A stretch of 64,000 bases of DNA from Candidatus Eiseniibacteriota bacterium (GTDB lineage Bacteria > Eisenbacteria > RBG-16-71-46 > DASYSL01), in assembly GCA_031431875.1 (NCBI GenBank), contig JANPEF010000024.1:1-64000 (forward strand), in the 5' to 3' direction. Position 1 is the stretch's first letter. Each line of letters starts with the position of its first letter. The position numbers were made by a program, and so were the translations under genes. Below are positions 1 through 9,556 of this stretch, piece by piece. Under the pieces are notes generated by a model. The model was not told the origin of the DNA and searched no databases. It saw only the letters and a program-made list of their open reading frames with translations.

Positions 1-282
1 GATCCCGAGGAGAGAGGTTGCGCCGCCAGAGACGAAGCCCGATGACCCGTCGGAGGGCTGATGCGTCGCAGGGCCGCCTTGTTCGCCGTCGAACACGCCT
101 TTGAGGTCCGGGGCGTTGCCGAATCAAGCGAAGGCATTTAGTCAACGGATCGCTTCGCTGGAATGGCCCACGCGAGTGCCGCTTGCGTCGGGCGGATGGT
201 CTGTCCCTAAGTGCTCCCGCGAGCCTCCGTAGGCGGTTCGCCGTCCCGACTTTCCATTCCCCAGAACCGGGAGGAACCCGTC

Positions 283-894
283 ATGACCCGCCCGCAAACC
301 CTCGTCTACGTCACTCTCGTCATCGCCTCGCTCTCCGGGGGCGTTCTCGCCGTGTCCTGCAGCCAGACCGGAGGGGAGGCCGGAAAGGAGGCCACGCCCG
401 CCGCCGCCGCCGAGTGGACGCCCGAGCAGAAGATCGCCGAGGGTGAACACCTCGTGGCGATCACCGGCTGCAACGATTGCCATACGCCCGGCGGAGTGTT
501 CGGTGCCCCCGACATGACGCGGGTGCTCGCCGGCAGCGACGTCGGCTGGATCACGCCGGCCGGCACGGCCTACGCCTCGAACCTCACGCCCGACGTGGAG
601 ACGGGCATCGGCGGCTGGAGCGAGGCGCAGATCGCGAGCATCCTGCGCACGGGCCACCGTCCGGACGGGACACCGCTGTTGCCGCCGATGCCGTGGCCAG
701 GCACTGCGCAGATGACCGATCGTGAGATGAGCGCGCTCACCGCGTACCTCAAGAGCCTGCCGCCGGTGAAGCACAGGAGGCCCGCGAACCTGCCGCCGGG
801 AGTGACGCCGACCAGCGGTCCGACCGTCGTGTTCTCGGCGCCCGGGGCCTGGGATGCGCCCGCGGCCCCGGCACCCGCGCCGGCAACGCCTTAG
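283..894 (+). CDS. Exported monoheme c-type cytochrome (probable lipoprotein)
   Basis: GAGGA RBS before ATG 283; hydrophobic N-terminus ending LAVSC; CNDCH heme motif; ASNLTPDVETGIGGWS and PPMPW motifs typical of this cytochrome c family. Confidence 0.85.
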   Translation: MTRPQTLVYVTLVIASLSGGVLAVSCSQTGGEAGKEATPAAAAEWTPEQKIAEGEHLVAITGCNDCHTPGGVFGAPDMTRVLAGSDVGWITPAGTAYASNLTPDVETGIGGWSEAQIASILRTGHRPDGTPLLPPMPWPGTAQMTDREMSALTAYLKSLPPVKHRRPANLPPGVTPTSGPTVVFSAPGAWDAPAAPAPAPATP

Positions 895-931
895 TCACAG
901 CCCCGTAACATTGCCGTCAACCGGCGGCAAC
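894..931 (+). promoter_or_regulatory. Putative Pho box (PhoB-type direct repeats)
   Basis: GTCACA (894), GTAACA (905), GTCAAC (916) at 11-bp spacing, weaker GGCAAC (926), directly upstream of porin-pstS. Confidence 0.6.
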
Positions 932-1007
932 CGATCAACTCCAGGGTGGGGCCACGTCGTCCGGGGCGCCTGCGGGCGCCCCGCTCACCCCCGCCCTGGA
1001 GGAACGC

Positions 1008-2303
1008 GTGCTCCCACTGTTGCTCGCCGTCTGGATGCTCCTCGCGACCGCTGCGACCCCCGCGCTTGCCCAGGACGCGCCGGTGGACGCGGACTCGACT
1101 GCGGCCGGCGAGGTCGAGGATGCCGACCTGGTCGACGAAGCGGACGATGGCCTCGACCCCGCGGACGACGTCGACGTCGTCGGCATGAACGAGCAGCTGC
1201 AGGTTCTCCAGGGCGAAGTGGACCGCCTCAAGAAGGTGAAGTTCACCGGCTACCTCCAGGCCCGCTACGAGGTGGCCGAGGCCGATGCCGACACCGTGCG
1301 GGTCGCCGGCAGCCCCTCGACGTTCACCCCCGCCAATCTCGAGCGCTTCTACCTGCGCCGCGCGCGCTTCAAGCTCACCTACGATCATGCGCCGTGGAGC
1401 CAGCTCGTCATGACCATCGACGCCGGCGCCGAACGCCAGGTGCGCATGCTCGACGGCTACCTCGCGCTCACCGAGCCGCGCACGCCCGAGCCGCGTCATC
1501 AGTTGTGGATCGGCCAGTTCAACGTGCCGTTCGGCTACGAGATCGAGCGCTCCTCGTCGCTGCGCGAGCTGCCCGAGCGCTCGCGCATGGAGAACGTGCT
1601 GTTCCCGGGAGAGCGCGATCGCGGCATCAAGGCGCAGAGCCTGTGGGCATCGCGTTTCGAGACGGTCGTGGCGGTGATCAACGGCGGCGGGATCGGCAGC
1701 GTCGAGTTTCCGACGACCGATCCGACGCGCGGCAAGGATGTGCTCGGCCGTGTGCGCGCGCTGTTCGGCACGATCGACGTCGGTGTCTCGGCCTACGGCG
1801 GCAAGGCACTGGTGCCGCTCACCGGGCCCGATGTCGCGCTCGATCGCACGCGCTTCGGCGCCGAGGCGCAGGGCTACTATGCGTTGCCGAAGTTCGGCGG
1901 TGGTTCGCTGCGCGGCGAGTACTGGGCCGGACACAGCGTCAATGCCGACTCGGTGAACGCCAACGTGGTGCGGGCGACGGCGGCGAACCCGGTGTTGCTC
2001 CTGCGTCCGGGCGCGAACCCGAACAGCCTGGCGACCGACTTCGCCGGCTACTACGTGATGTGGGTGCAGAACGTGGGCGAGAAGTTCCAGGTGGCGGCGC
2101 GTTACGACCGCTACGACCCCAACGTCGACGTCGCACATGACCAGTACGCGCGCTGGAACGCCGCAGCGCACTGGTTCTACCAGGGACTCACCCGCTTCAC
2201 CGTCGCCTACGAGGTTCCCCACACCGATCGTGCCGACGGGTCCGGCGGCTACGTCGACCCGTCCGACAACCTGTGGACCTTCCAATTCCAGCAGTCGTTC
2301 TGA
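1008..2303 (+). CDS. Outer-membrane porin, OprO/OprP-like (probably phosphate-selective)
   Basis: GGAGG RBS; signal peptide ALA; FYLRRARFK, GQFNVPFGYE, ARYDRYDPN motifs; C-terminal Phe; adjacent to pstS. Confidence 0.8.
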   Translation: MLPLLLAVWMLLATAATPALAQDAPVDADSTAAGEVEDADLVDEADDGLDPADDVDVVGMNEQLQVLQGEVDRLKKVKFTGYLQARYEVAEADADTVRVAGSPSTFTPANLERFYLRRARFKLTYDHAPWSQLVMTIDAGAERQVRMLDGYLALTEPRTPEPRHQLWIGQFNVPFGYEIERSSSLRELPERSRMENVLFPGERDRGIKAQSLWASRFETVVAVINGGGIGSVEFPTTDPTRGKDVLGRVRALFGTIDVGVSAYGGKALVPLTGPDVALDRTRFGAEAQGYYALPKFGGGSLRGEYWAGHSVNADSVNANVVRATAANPVLLLRPGANPNSLATDFAGYYVMWVQNVGEKFQVAARYDRYDPNVDVAHDQYARWNAAAHWFYQGLTRFTVAYEVPHTDRADGSGGYVDPSDNLWTFQFQQSF

Positions 2304-2338
2304 CCGTGCTGCCCACCCGCCGCGAAGGAGTCCTGCCC

Positions 2339-3202
2339 ATGCCCCGAACTCTCCGTCCGCACCTCATTCGCACGATCCCCCTGGTCCTCGCGCTCGCCGG
2401 CGCCCTGTCCGCCTTCGGCGGTGATCACGCGCACGCGGCGCGCGGGATCACGGTCAAGGGCTCCGACACGATGGTCATCCTCGCCCAGCGCTGGGCCGAG
2501 ACGTACATGAAGTCGCACCGCGGGAAGATCATCCAGATCACCGGCGGCGGCTCGGGCACGGGCATCGCCGCGCTGATCAACGGCACGACCGACGTGTGCA
2601 TGGCTTCGCGCGAGATGAAGACCGCGGAGAAGACGAAGTTGCGCGACCGTTTCCAGACCATGGGTGTCGAGATCCCGGTGGCCAAGGACGGGCTCGCGGT
2701 CTACGTGCACGCGACGAACCCGGTGAAATCGATCGACCTCGACCAGCTGCGGCGCATCTACCGCGGCGAGATCACGAACTGGAAGGACGTCGGCGGCGCG
2801 GATGAATTGATCACCATCTACAGCCGCGAGAACAGCTCGGGCACGTACGTCTACTTCAAGGACAATGTGCTCAAGGGCAAGGACTTCTCGCCGCGCGCGC
2901 AGACGCTGCCGGGCACGGCCGCCGTGGTCAATGCCGTGGCCAAGGACCCGAACGGGATCGGCTACGGCGGCGCCGCCTACGCCAGGGGCGTGCGCGACCT
3001 CGCGCTGTCGTTCGGCACGGGCAAGCCGCCGGTGCTCCCGTCGGCGGCGACGGTGCGCGACGGATCGTATCCGCTGTCGCGCCATCTCTTCTTCTACGTG
3101 CGCAACGCTCCTTCCGGTGAACTCAAGGAGTTCACCGACTGGGTCCTGTCGGCCGAAGGCCAGGCCCTGGCGACGAAGGTGGGATACTTCCCTCTCAAGT
3201 AG
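2339..3202 (+). CDS. pstS: Phosphate ABC transporter substrate-binding protein
   Basis: GAAGGAG RBS; signal peptide; ITVKGSDT, GGGSGTGIAAL, SRENSSGTY, YPLSRHLFFY motifs. Confidence 0.92.
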   Translation: MPRTLRPHLIRTIPLVLALAGALSAFGGDHAHAARGITVKGSDTMVILAQRWAETYMKSHRGKIIQITGGGSGTGIAALINGTTDVCMASREMKTAEKTKLRDRFQTMGVEIPVAKDGLAVYVHATNPVKSIDLDQLRRIYRGEITNWKDVGGADELITIYSRENSSGTYVYFKDNVLKGKDFSPRAQTLPGTAAVVNAVAKDPNGIGYGGAAYARGVRDLALSFGTGKPPVLPSAATVRDGSYPLSRHLFFYVRNAPSGELKEFTDWVLSAEGQALATKVGYFPLK

Positions 3203-3218
3203 TGTAGCCTGCGCGGTC

Positions 3219-6200
3219 ATGCGCCGCTCCGCATCCGTCCTCGCCGCGTACTCCGAGTGCGCCCACCTCGCCTGGCTCGATCGTCGCGCCGCACTCGGCC
3301 TCGAGCCCCGTCCGGCCGCGCCCGATGCGGCTGCCGAGCTGCTGTTCGCGCACGGCCGGGAACACGAGCGTCGGCGTCTCGAGCAGTATCGCGCCGACGG
3401 CATCGAAGTCGTCACGATCGAGGACTCGTACCGGCAGCCCGAGGCGGCCGCCGCGGCGACTCTGGCGGCGATGCGCGGGGGCGCGCCGGTCCTCTACCAG
3501 GGTGTCCTGATCGACGAGGGGTGGTGGGGGATCCCCGACTTCCTCGAGCGCGTCGAACGCCCCTCGGCGCTCGGAGCGTGGAGCTACGAGGTCGTCGACG
3601 CCAAGCTGGCCAGGCGCTCGAAGACCACCTTCCTGCTGCAGCTCGGCCTGTACAGCGCGCTGCTCGCCGCCGCGCAGGGGGCGGAACCCGAGCGGCTGCA
3701 CGTCGAGCTCGGCACGGGCGAGCGCGAGAACTTTCGCGTCGCCGACTTCGCCGCGTACTTCCGCCGTCTGCGGGCCCGTGCACTCGTCGCCACCTCGGCG
3801 GACCACGAGCCGTGCTACCCGGGTCCGGTCGAGTTCTGCGGCGTCTGCGCGTGGAGCGCACGGTGCGAGAGCCGACGCGAGCACGACGATCACCTGTCGC
3901 GCGTCGCCAACATCCGCGGGACGCAGATCCGACGCCTCTCCGCCGCGGGGATCGACACCCTGGCGGCGCTCGCGGCGTTGCCCGAGGAAACGCGCGTGCC
4001 GCGCATGGCCCCGGCCACGCTCGGCGTCCTGCGCCGGCAGGCCCGCCTGCAGCGGGCGCAGGCGACGACCGGCACGCCCTCGTTCGAGTTCCTGCCGCCC
4101 GAGCCGGGGCGCGGCTTCGCACTGCTGCCGGCGCCCTCCCCGGGGGACGTGTTCTTCGACATGGAGGGCGATCCGTACGTCGAGGGCGGGCTCGAGTACC
4201 TATTCGGCGCCACCGCGGCCGACGACGACGGCGTGCCGCGCTATCACGCCTGGTGGGGGCACGATCGCGGGGACGAGCGCCGCGCATTCGAGGACTTCAT
4301 CGACTTCGTCGTGGCGCGGCGCGCGCTCGACCCGGCGATGCGCGTCTATCACTACGCGCCGTACGAGCCCACCGCGCTCAAGCGGCTGGCCGGCTTCCAC
4401 GGGACGCGCGAGGCCGAGCTCGACGACCTCCTGCGCGGCGGCGTGCTCGTGGACCTCTATCGCGTCGTGCGCCAGGGCCTGTGCATCTCGCAGCCGAGCT
4501 ACTCGATCAAGAGGCTCGAGGTGTTCTACGCCGGGAAGCGCGAAGGTGGCGTGACCGATGCCGGCCAGTCGATCGTCGCCTACGAACGCTGGATGGACGA
4601 CCACGACCAGTCGATCCTCGACGCGATCGAGCGCTACAATGAGGACGACTGCGACTCGACGCTCAAGTTGCGCGACTGGTTGCTGGCGCGGCGGGCCGAG
4701 GCGCCGGTGGTCGAGGCACGCGCGACTACGGGCGGGCGGTCCGCGGACGTCGACGCCGAGCCGGCGGTCGAATCGCCGCGGGCCGTTTCTACGCGATTGC
4801 GCAACGAAGAGAAGCAGCGCGGCGGCGAGGAAGCCGTGGCGATCGCGGCCCGGTTGCTCGAGGGGCTCGATCCCGATCCGGCGGCGCTCGGGCACGTGGA
4901 GCGCGCCCAGCGCCTGCTCGCGTTCCTGCTCGAGTACCACGCCCGCGAGGCGCGTCCCGGATGGTGGGCGTACTTCGCGCGTCGCGACATGACCGACGAG
5001 GAACTGGTCGAGGATCCCGAGTCGATCGGCGGAATGACGGCGGATCCGGACCACCCGCCGCGGCCCGAGAAGCAGAGCACCGTGTTCACCTTCCGCTTTC
5101 CATCGCAGGAGTCGAAACTCTCGACCGGTGAGTGCATCGATCCGGCGACCGGGCGCTCCGCAGGCACGGTGCTCGCAGTCGAGACCGCCGAGCGTCGCCT
5201 GCGCCTCAAGCGCGGGAAATCGCTGGCTGCCGTGCCGTTGCCGCGCGCGATCGGGCCGACGACGCCGATCGATGACGAGGAGAAGCGCGAGGCCGTGCGG
5301 CGATTCGCCCGCGACGTCGAGGCCCGCGGCATCGCGGCTGCGGGCCGCTACCGGGCGCTGCGCGAGCTCCTGTTGCGGACCGCGCCGCGCGTCGCGGGCG
5401 TGGCGCCGGGTGCGCCGCTGGTCGCGGGCGAGGTGACCGAGGTCCCGGCCGCGGCCGTGGTCGCCGGGCTCGACGAAAGCACACTGTTCGTCCAGGGGCC
5501 GCCGGGCTCGGGCAAGACGTGGCTGGGCGCGCGACTGATCGTCGGCCTCCTCGCGGCGGGAAAGCGAGTCGGCGTCGCCGCGCACTCGCACCGCGCGATC
5601 CACAACCTCCTGGCCGCCGTCGAGGCTGTGGCCGAGGAGCGCGGCGTTTCGTTCGTCGGCGTGAAGAAGAGCTCCGGGGGCAACGAGGAGTCGCTCTTCA
5701 AGTCGGCGCTGGCGACCCCGCGCATCACCAGTCGCGACGTCGAGAAGGGCGATTCGCTCGATGGCTGCGGCCTGATCGCCGGCACGGGCTGGTTCTTCTC
5801 ACGGCCCGAGCTCGACTCCACGCTCGACGTCCTGTTCGTCGACGAAGCCGGCCAGGTCGCGTTGGCCGACGCGATCGCGGTGGGCACGGCGGCGCGCAAC
5901 CTCGTGTTCCTCGGCGACCCGCACCAGCTCGCCCAGGTGGCGCAGGGCACGCACCCCGATGGCGCGGGCGTCTCCGTGCTCCAGCACCTGCTGGGCGACG
6001 ACGCGACCGTGCCGCCCGATCGCGGCCTGTTCCTCGGCACGTCCTGGCGCATGCACCCCGAGGTCTGCGGGTTCATCTCCGAGTCGTTCTACGATTCACG
6101 CCTGCACGCCGCGCCCCACCGCGAGCGCCAGCGCATCGACGCACCCGGCGTGCTCGCCGGCGCGGGCGTGCGCTTCGTTCCGGTCGAGCACGCGGGAAAC

Positions 6201-6644
6201 GCCCAGCGCGCGCCCGAGGAAGCCGAGCGGATCGCCACGCTGGTCGCCGAGCTGTTGCAGGGATCGTGGACGGACGTGGACGGTGCGACCCATCCGATGA
6301 CGCCCGCCGACATCAAGGTGGTGACGCCGTACAACGCACAGGCCCAGGAGCTGCGCGAGCGGCTGCCGGCTGGCGTCGCCGTGGGCACGGTGGACAAGTT
6401 CCAGGGGCAGGAGGCACCGGTGGTCTTCTTCTCGATGGCCACGTCAAGCGGGGAGGACCTGCCGCGCAACCTCGAGTTCCTGTTCAGCCGCAATCGCCTG
6501 AACGTGGCGATCTCACGCGCCCGCGCGCTCGCCGTGCTGGTGGCGAGCCCCCGCCTGCTCGACGTTGCGTGCCGCACCGTCGAGCAGATGCGGCTGGTGA
6601 ACGCGCTGTGCCGGTTCGTCGAGCGCGCCCCCGCGGCTCAGTGA
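3219..6644 (+). CDS. TM0106-family RecB-like nuclease fused to RNase H-like and SF1 helicase domains
   Basis: PD-(D/E)XK (GIPDFL..VVDAKLA), FFDMEG, SYSIKRLE, YNEDDC, Walker A QGPPGSGKT, VDEAGQ, GTVDKFQGQEA, NRLNVAISRAR. Confidence 0.9.
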   Translation: MRRSASVLAAYSECAHLAWLDRRAALGLEPRPAAPDAAAELLFAHGREHERRRLEQYRADGIEVVTIEDSYRQPEAAAAATLAAMRGGAPVLYQGVLIDEGWWGIPDFLERVERPSALGAWSYEVVDAKLARRSKTTFLLQLGLYSALLAAAQGAEPERLHVELGTGERENFRVADFAAYFRRLRARALVATSADHEPCYPGPVEFCGVCAWSARCESRREHDDHLSRVANIRGTQIRRLSAAGIDTLAALAALPEETRVPRMAPATLGVLRRQARLQRAQATTGTPSFEFLPPEPGRGFALLPAPSPGDVFFDMEGDPYVEGGLEYLFGATAADDDGVPRYHAWWGHDRGDERRAFEDFIDFVVARRALDPAMRVYHYAPYEPTALKRLAGFHGTREAELDDLLRGGVLVDLYRVVRQGLCISQPSYSIKRLEVFYAGKREGGVTDAGQSIVAYERWMDDHDQSILDAIERYNEDDCDSTLKLRDWLLARRAEAPVVEARATTGGRSADVDAEPAVESPRAVSTRLRNEEKQRGGEEAVAIAARLLEGLDPDPAALGHVERAQRLLAFLLEYHAREARPGWWAYFARRDMTDEELVEDPESIGGMTADPDHPPRPEKQSTVFTFRFPSQESKLSTGECIDPATGRSAGTVLAVETAERRLRLKRGKSLAAVPLPRAIGPTTPIDDEEKREAVRRFARDVEARGIAAAGRYRALRELLLRTAPRVAGVAPGAPLVAGEVTEVPAAAVVAGLDESTLFVQGPPGSGKTWLGARLIVGLLAAGKRVGVAAHSHRAIHNLLAAVEAVAEERGVSFVGVKKSSGGNEESLFKSALATPRITSRDVEKGDSLDGCGLIAGTGWFFSRPELDSTLDVLFVDEAGQVALADAIAVGTAARNLVFLGDPHQLAQVAQGTHPDGAGVSVLQHLLGDDATVPPDRGLFLGTSWRMHPEVCGFISESFYDSRLHAAPHRERQRIDAPGVLAGAGVRFVPVEHAGNAQRAPEEAERIATLVAELLQGSWTDVDGATHPMTPADIKVVTPYNAQAQELRERLPAGVAVGTVDKFQGQEAPVVFFSMATSSGEDLPRNLEFLFSRNRLNVAISRARALAVLVASPRLLDVACRTVEQMRLVNALCRFVERAPAAQ

Positions 6645-6645
6645 C

Positions 6646-7167
6646 TCAGCCGTCGCCGACGATGATCTTCGGGTCGCACTTGAACTCGTAGGTCTGCCCG
6701 TTCACCGTGATCCGCAGCTCGATCGTGACCTCGAACGGTCCGGTGTTCCTGAACGTGTAGGTGCCGAACTCGAATGCATTGCCGGCGACCGAGTTCCCGC
6801 CGATGCCGCAGCCACAGCTCTGCGTGTTGCCCACCGTCGTGAGCACCTTGCCCTCGAGCATCTCGTCGAAATCGCTCTGGTTGAACGGCGAGTCGTTGGG
6901 CGAGCGCGACGTGTCGGACGAGTCGGGCCGCCAGGAGATGGTGACGAAGTCGATCTGCGTCACGGTTCCGGACAGGTCGAAGAGGTTGATCACGAAGTCC
7001 GTGTTCTTGGTGACCGACTCGCTGAACCCGTTGACCTTGGACCACGTCGACGACGTATCGGCTCGCTGGATGAGGCCGAAGCCGAGCGTGTAGTGCCCTT
7101 CCGGATCCTGTGCTCCGAGGCTGTTGGGGTTGAAGCAGAGATCCATGCCGGAGAGAAGGTTGCCCAT
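6646..7167 (-). CDS. Hypothetical beta-rich protein (173 aa) ending in DP motif (CDPKIIV), downstream of kinase
   Basis: GAGGAG RBS before ATG 7167; genome-typical codon usage; 40 bp downstream of kinase on same strand. Confidence 0.75.
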   Translation of the reverse strand: MGNLLSGMDLCFNPNSLGAQDPEGHYTLGFGLIQRADTSSTWSKVNGFSESVTKNTDFVINLFDLSGTVTQIDFVTISWRPDSSDTSRSPNDSPFNQSDFDEMLEGKVLTTVGNTQSCGCGIGGNSVAGNAFEFGTYTFRNTGPFEVTIELRITVNGQTYEFKCDPKIIVGDG

Positions 7168-7207
7168 CGCGTGTCTCCTCGTGTCGAAGGTGGTCGGTGT
7201 CGCGGGG

Positions 7208-9418
7208 TCAGGGAGCCCCGGATGCGGCGAGCAGGTCATGATACGCGCGGTCCTTGCGCAGGGCCACCAGTTCGGGATCGCGCTTGATCTCGTCGATCGG
7301 GTGGCCAGCGGCGATCGCGGCCGCGAGCGCCGCGATCGCTGCCGGCCGGTCACCGCGCGCCTCGTGCACCAGCACGAGCGTGTAGGACACCTCGGGGCGG
7401 GCGAGCGCCGCCGTGGGGATCGCCGCCGCGGTCGTGCGGGCGGCCTCGAACGCGCCGGAGCGCGCCTGGCACAGCGCCATCTCGGCGGCGAGTACGGGAT
7501 CGCCGGGTTCGCGCACGAGCTGGTCGCGCAGGAGCTGCTCGGAACGGCGATAGGCGTCGATCGCCTTCCTCTCGTCGCCCGGTGTCTGGCGATGCGCGTC
7601 GCCGAGATTGCGCCAGATGGTCGGGTCGTTGGGTCCCAGCGCGACGGCCTTCTCGAGCGCGCCGACGGCCTGCGGATAGAGCCCCTGGAAGTAGTAGATC
7701 GTTCCCAGGTTGCTGTAGACGGCGGCGTCGGGCCGGATCTCGAGCGACCTCTGGAAGCTGGCCGCCGCTTCGCTGTAGCGCCCGAGCATGTGCTGCGCGC
7801 CGCCGACGTTGCGCAGCGCGATCGGATTGTCGGGCGAGAGCCGGACGCTCGTCTCGAAGTCCGCGAGCGCCTCGTCGAAGCGTCCGGTCTGGAAGTAGAG
7901 CACCGCCCGATGGGTCCGGAGATCCCAGTCGGCGGGGGCCAGTTCGACCGCCTTCGTGTATGCGGACTCGGCTGCGGCCACGTCGCCCTGCTTCATGGCG
8001 ACCGCGCCCAGCCCGCGCCACGCCTGCGCGTTCGCCGGATCGAGCTTGAGCGCCAGCGTGAACTCCGCCTTCGCCTCGTCCGGGGCGCCCATCTCGATCC
8101 GCGTCAGGCCGCGCACGACCCGCGCCCGGACCAGCTGGGAGTCGAGGGAGAGGGCGTGATCGGCGTAGTCGAGCGCGCGCTGCAGCAGCGCCTCGTCGCG
8201 GTTCCCCTTGTACTTGCGCCAGTGGGCCTCAGCCAGCCCGATGTACCCGGGCGCGTAGGCGGCGTCGACGGCGATGGCGCGCTGGAACGCCTCGATGGCG
8301 CGATCGATTCGTCCCGGCTCGAAGTACCGCTCGAGCTCGGAGTTCCCCACCTTGTAGAGCGCGAACGGCGTCGTCGCCGCACCACGCTCCACACGCGCCA
8401 TCCCGCCGTGCATCAGCGAGCGCCCCGTCGGAGAGAGTCCGATCGCGAGCGCCGCGGCGAGGATCGTCGTGATCGTGACCGCCATCAGGAGCTTCCGGCG
8501 TGGGGCGCCCCGCGAGGCGGTGGGGGTGGCTGCGGCGGAAGCGGTCTCCGGATCGTTCTGGCCCGTGACCAGGACATCGAGCGCGGCGCGCGCCTCGCCG
8601 CCGCCCGCGAAACGCTCGGCCGGGCTCTTGCGCAGGCAGCGCTCGACGAAGCGCACGATCGCCGCCGGGCAGTCCGGACGCAGCGAGGGGAGCGGCCGTG
8701 GATCGCGCGCCATGATCGCGTGCACTGTCGCCGCGTAGCTGGACTCCTGGAACGGGCGCTGCGCGGTGAGCATCTCGTAGAGCAGGACGCCGAGCGCGTA
8801 GACGTCGCTGCGCGCGTCGGCGACCTTGCCCTCGATCTGCTCGGGCGCCATGTAGGCCGGCGTGCCCAGTACCGTGCCGGGCAGCGTGAGCCCTGCGGCG
8901 ATCGTCTGCGCTTCGGCGTTCACGTCGGCTCCGACCAGGCGCGCCAGCCCGAAGTCGAGCACCTTGGCGCGCCCGTCGGCGGTGACCATCACGTTGGCGG
9001 GCTTGAGATCGCGGTGCACGATGCCCGCGGCATGTGCGGCGGCGAGCGCGCCGGCGATCTGGTGCGCCAGGTCGACCGCGTCGCGAAACGCCAGCGGCCC
9101 CTCGGCGATGCGCGAGGCAAGCGTGCGCCCCGCGATGTACTCGAGCACGAGGAAGGTCGTGTCGCCGTCCTGCCCCAGGTCGTACAGCGTGACGATGTGC
9201 GGGTGCTGCAGCGCGGAGGCGGCGCGGGCTTCGATGAGGAAGCGCCGTGCGCGTTCCTCGTTCTCGGCGGCGTCGCCCGAGGCGGGGGGGAGCAGCTTGA
9301 GCGCGACGACGCGGCCCAGCCGCAGGTCGGTGGCGCGATACACCACGCCCATCCCGCCCTGGCCGATGGCCGCGTCGAGTCGGTACGAGCCGAGTGTGGT
9401 GCCGATCATCCCCGTCAT
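7208..9418 (-). CDS. Hanks-type Ser/Thr protein kinase with TM segment and C-terminal TPR array
   Basis: GQGGMGVVY, VALKLL, HRDLKPAN, DFGLA, GTPAYMAPE; hydrophobic segment; multiple TPRs. Confidence 0.95.
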   Translation of the reverse strand: MTGMIGTTLGSYRLDAAIGQGGMGVVYRATDLRLGRVVALKLLPPASGDAAENEERARRFLIEARAASALQHPHIVTLYDLGQDGDTTFLVLEYIAGRTLASRIAEGPLAFRDAVDLAHQIAGALAAAHAAGIVHRDLKPANVMVTADGRAKVLDFGLARLVGADVNAEAQTIAAGLTLPGTVLGTPAYMAPEQIEGKVADARSDVYALGVLLYEMLTAQRPFQESSYAATVHAIMARDPRPLPSLRPDCPAAIVRFVERCLRKSPAERFAGGGEARAALDVLVTGQNDPETASAAATPTASRGAPRRKLLMAVTITTILAAALAIGLSPTGRSLMHGGMARVERGAATTPFALYKVGNSELERYFEPGRIDRAIEAFQRAIAVDAAYAPGYIGLAEAHWRKYKGNRDEALLQRALDYADHALSLDSQLVRARVVRGLTRIEMGAPDEAKAEFTLALKLDPANAQAWRGLGAVAMKQGDVAAAESAYTKAVELAPADWDLRTHRAVLYFQTGRFDEALADFETSVRLSPDNPIALRNVGGAQHMLGRYSEAAASFQRSLEIRPDAAVYSNLGTIYYFQGLYPQAVGALEKAVALGPNDPTIWRNLGDAHRQTPGDERKAIDAYRRSEQLLRDQLVREPGDPVLAAEMALCQARSGAFEAARTTAAAIPTAALARPEVSYTLVLVHEARGDRPAAIAALAAAIAAGHPIDEIKRDPELVALRKDRAYHDLLAASGAP

Positions 9419-9556
9419 CCCCCCCGATGGACGGTCCTGCGCAGGTCAGCGGAGACTACCACTTCTTGACTTGCCTGCGCGCTCGCGCGCGCGCAACATC
9501 CCCCCGCACCGGGCGTGCATCCCACCACCGAACCGTCCCCCGCCAAGGAGTCGACC

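Noticed and set aside
1..140. Possible 3' end of a plus-strand gene (stop at 138-140)
   Set aside because: Short, no recognisable motif; cannot be supported without upstream sequence
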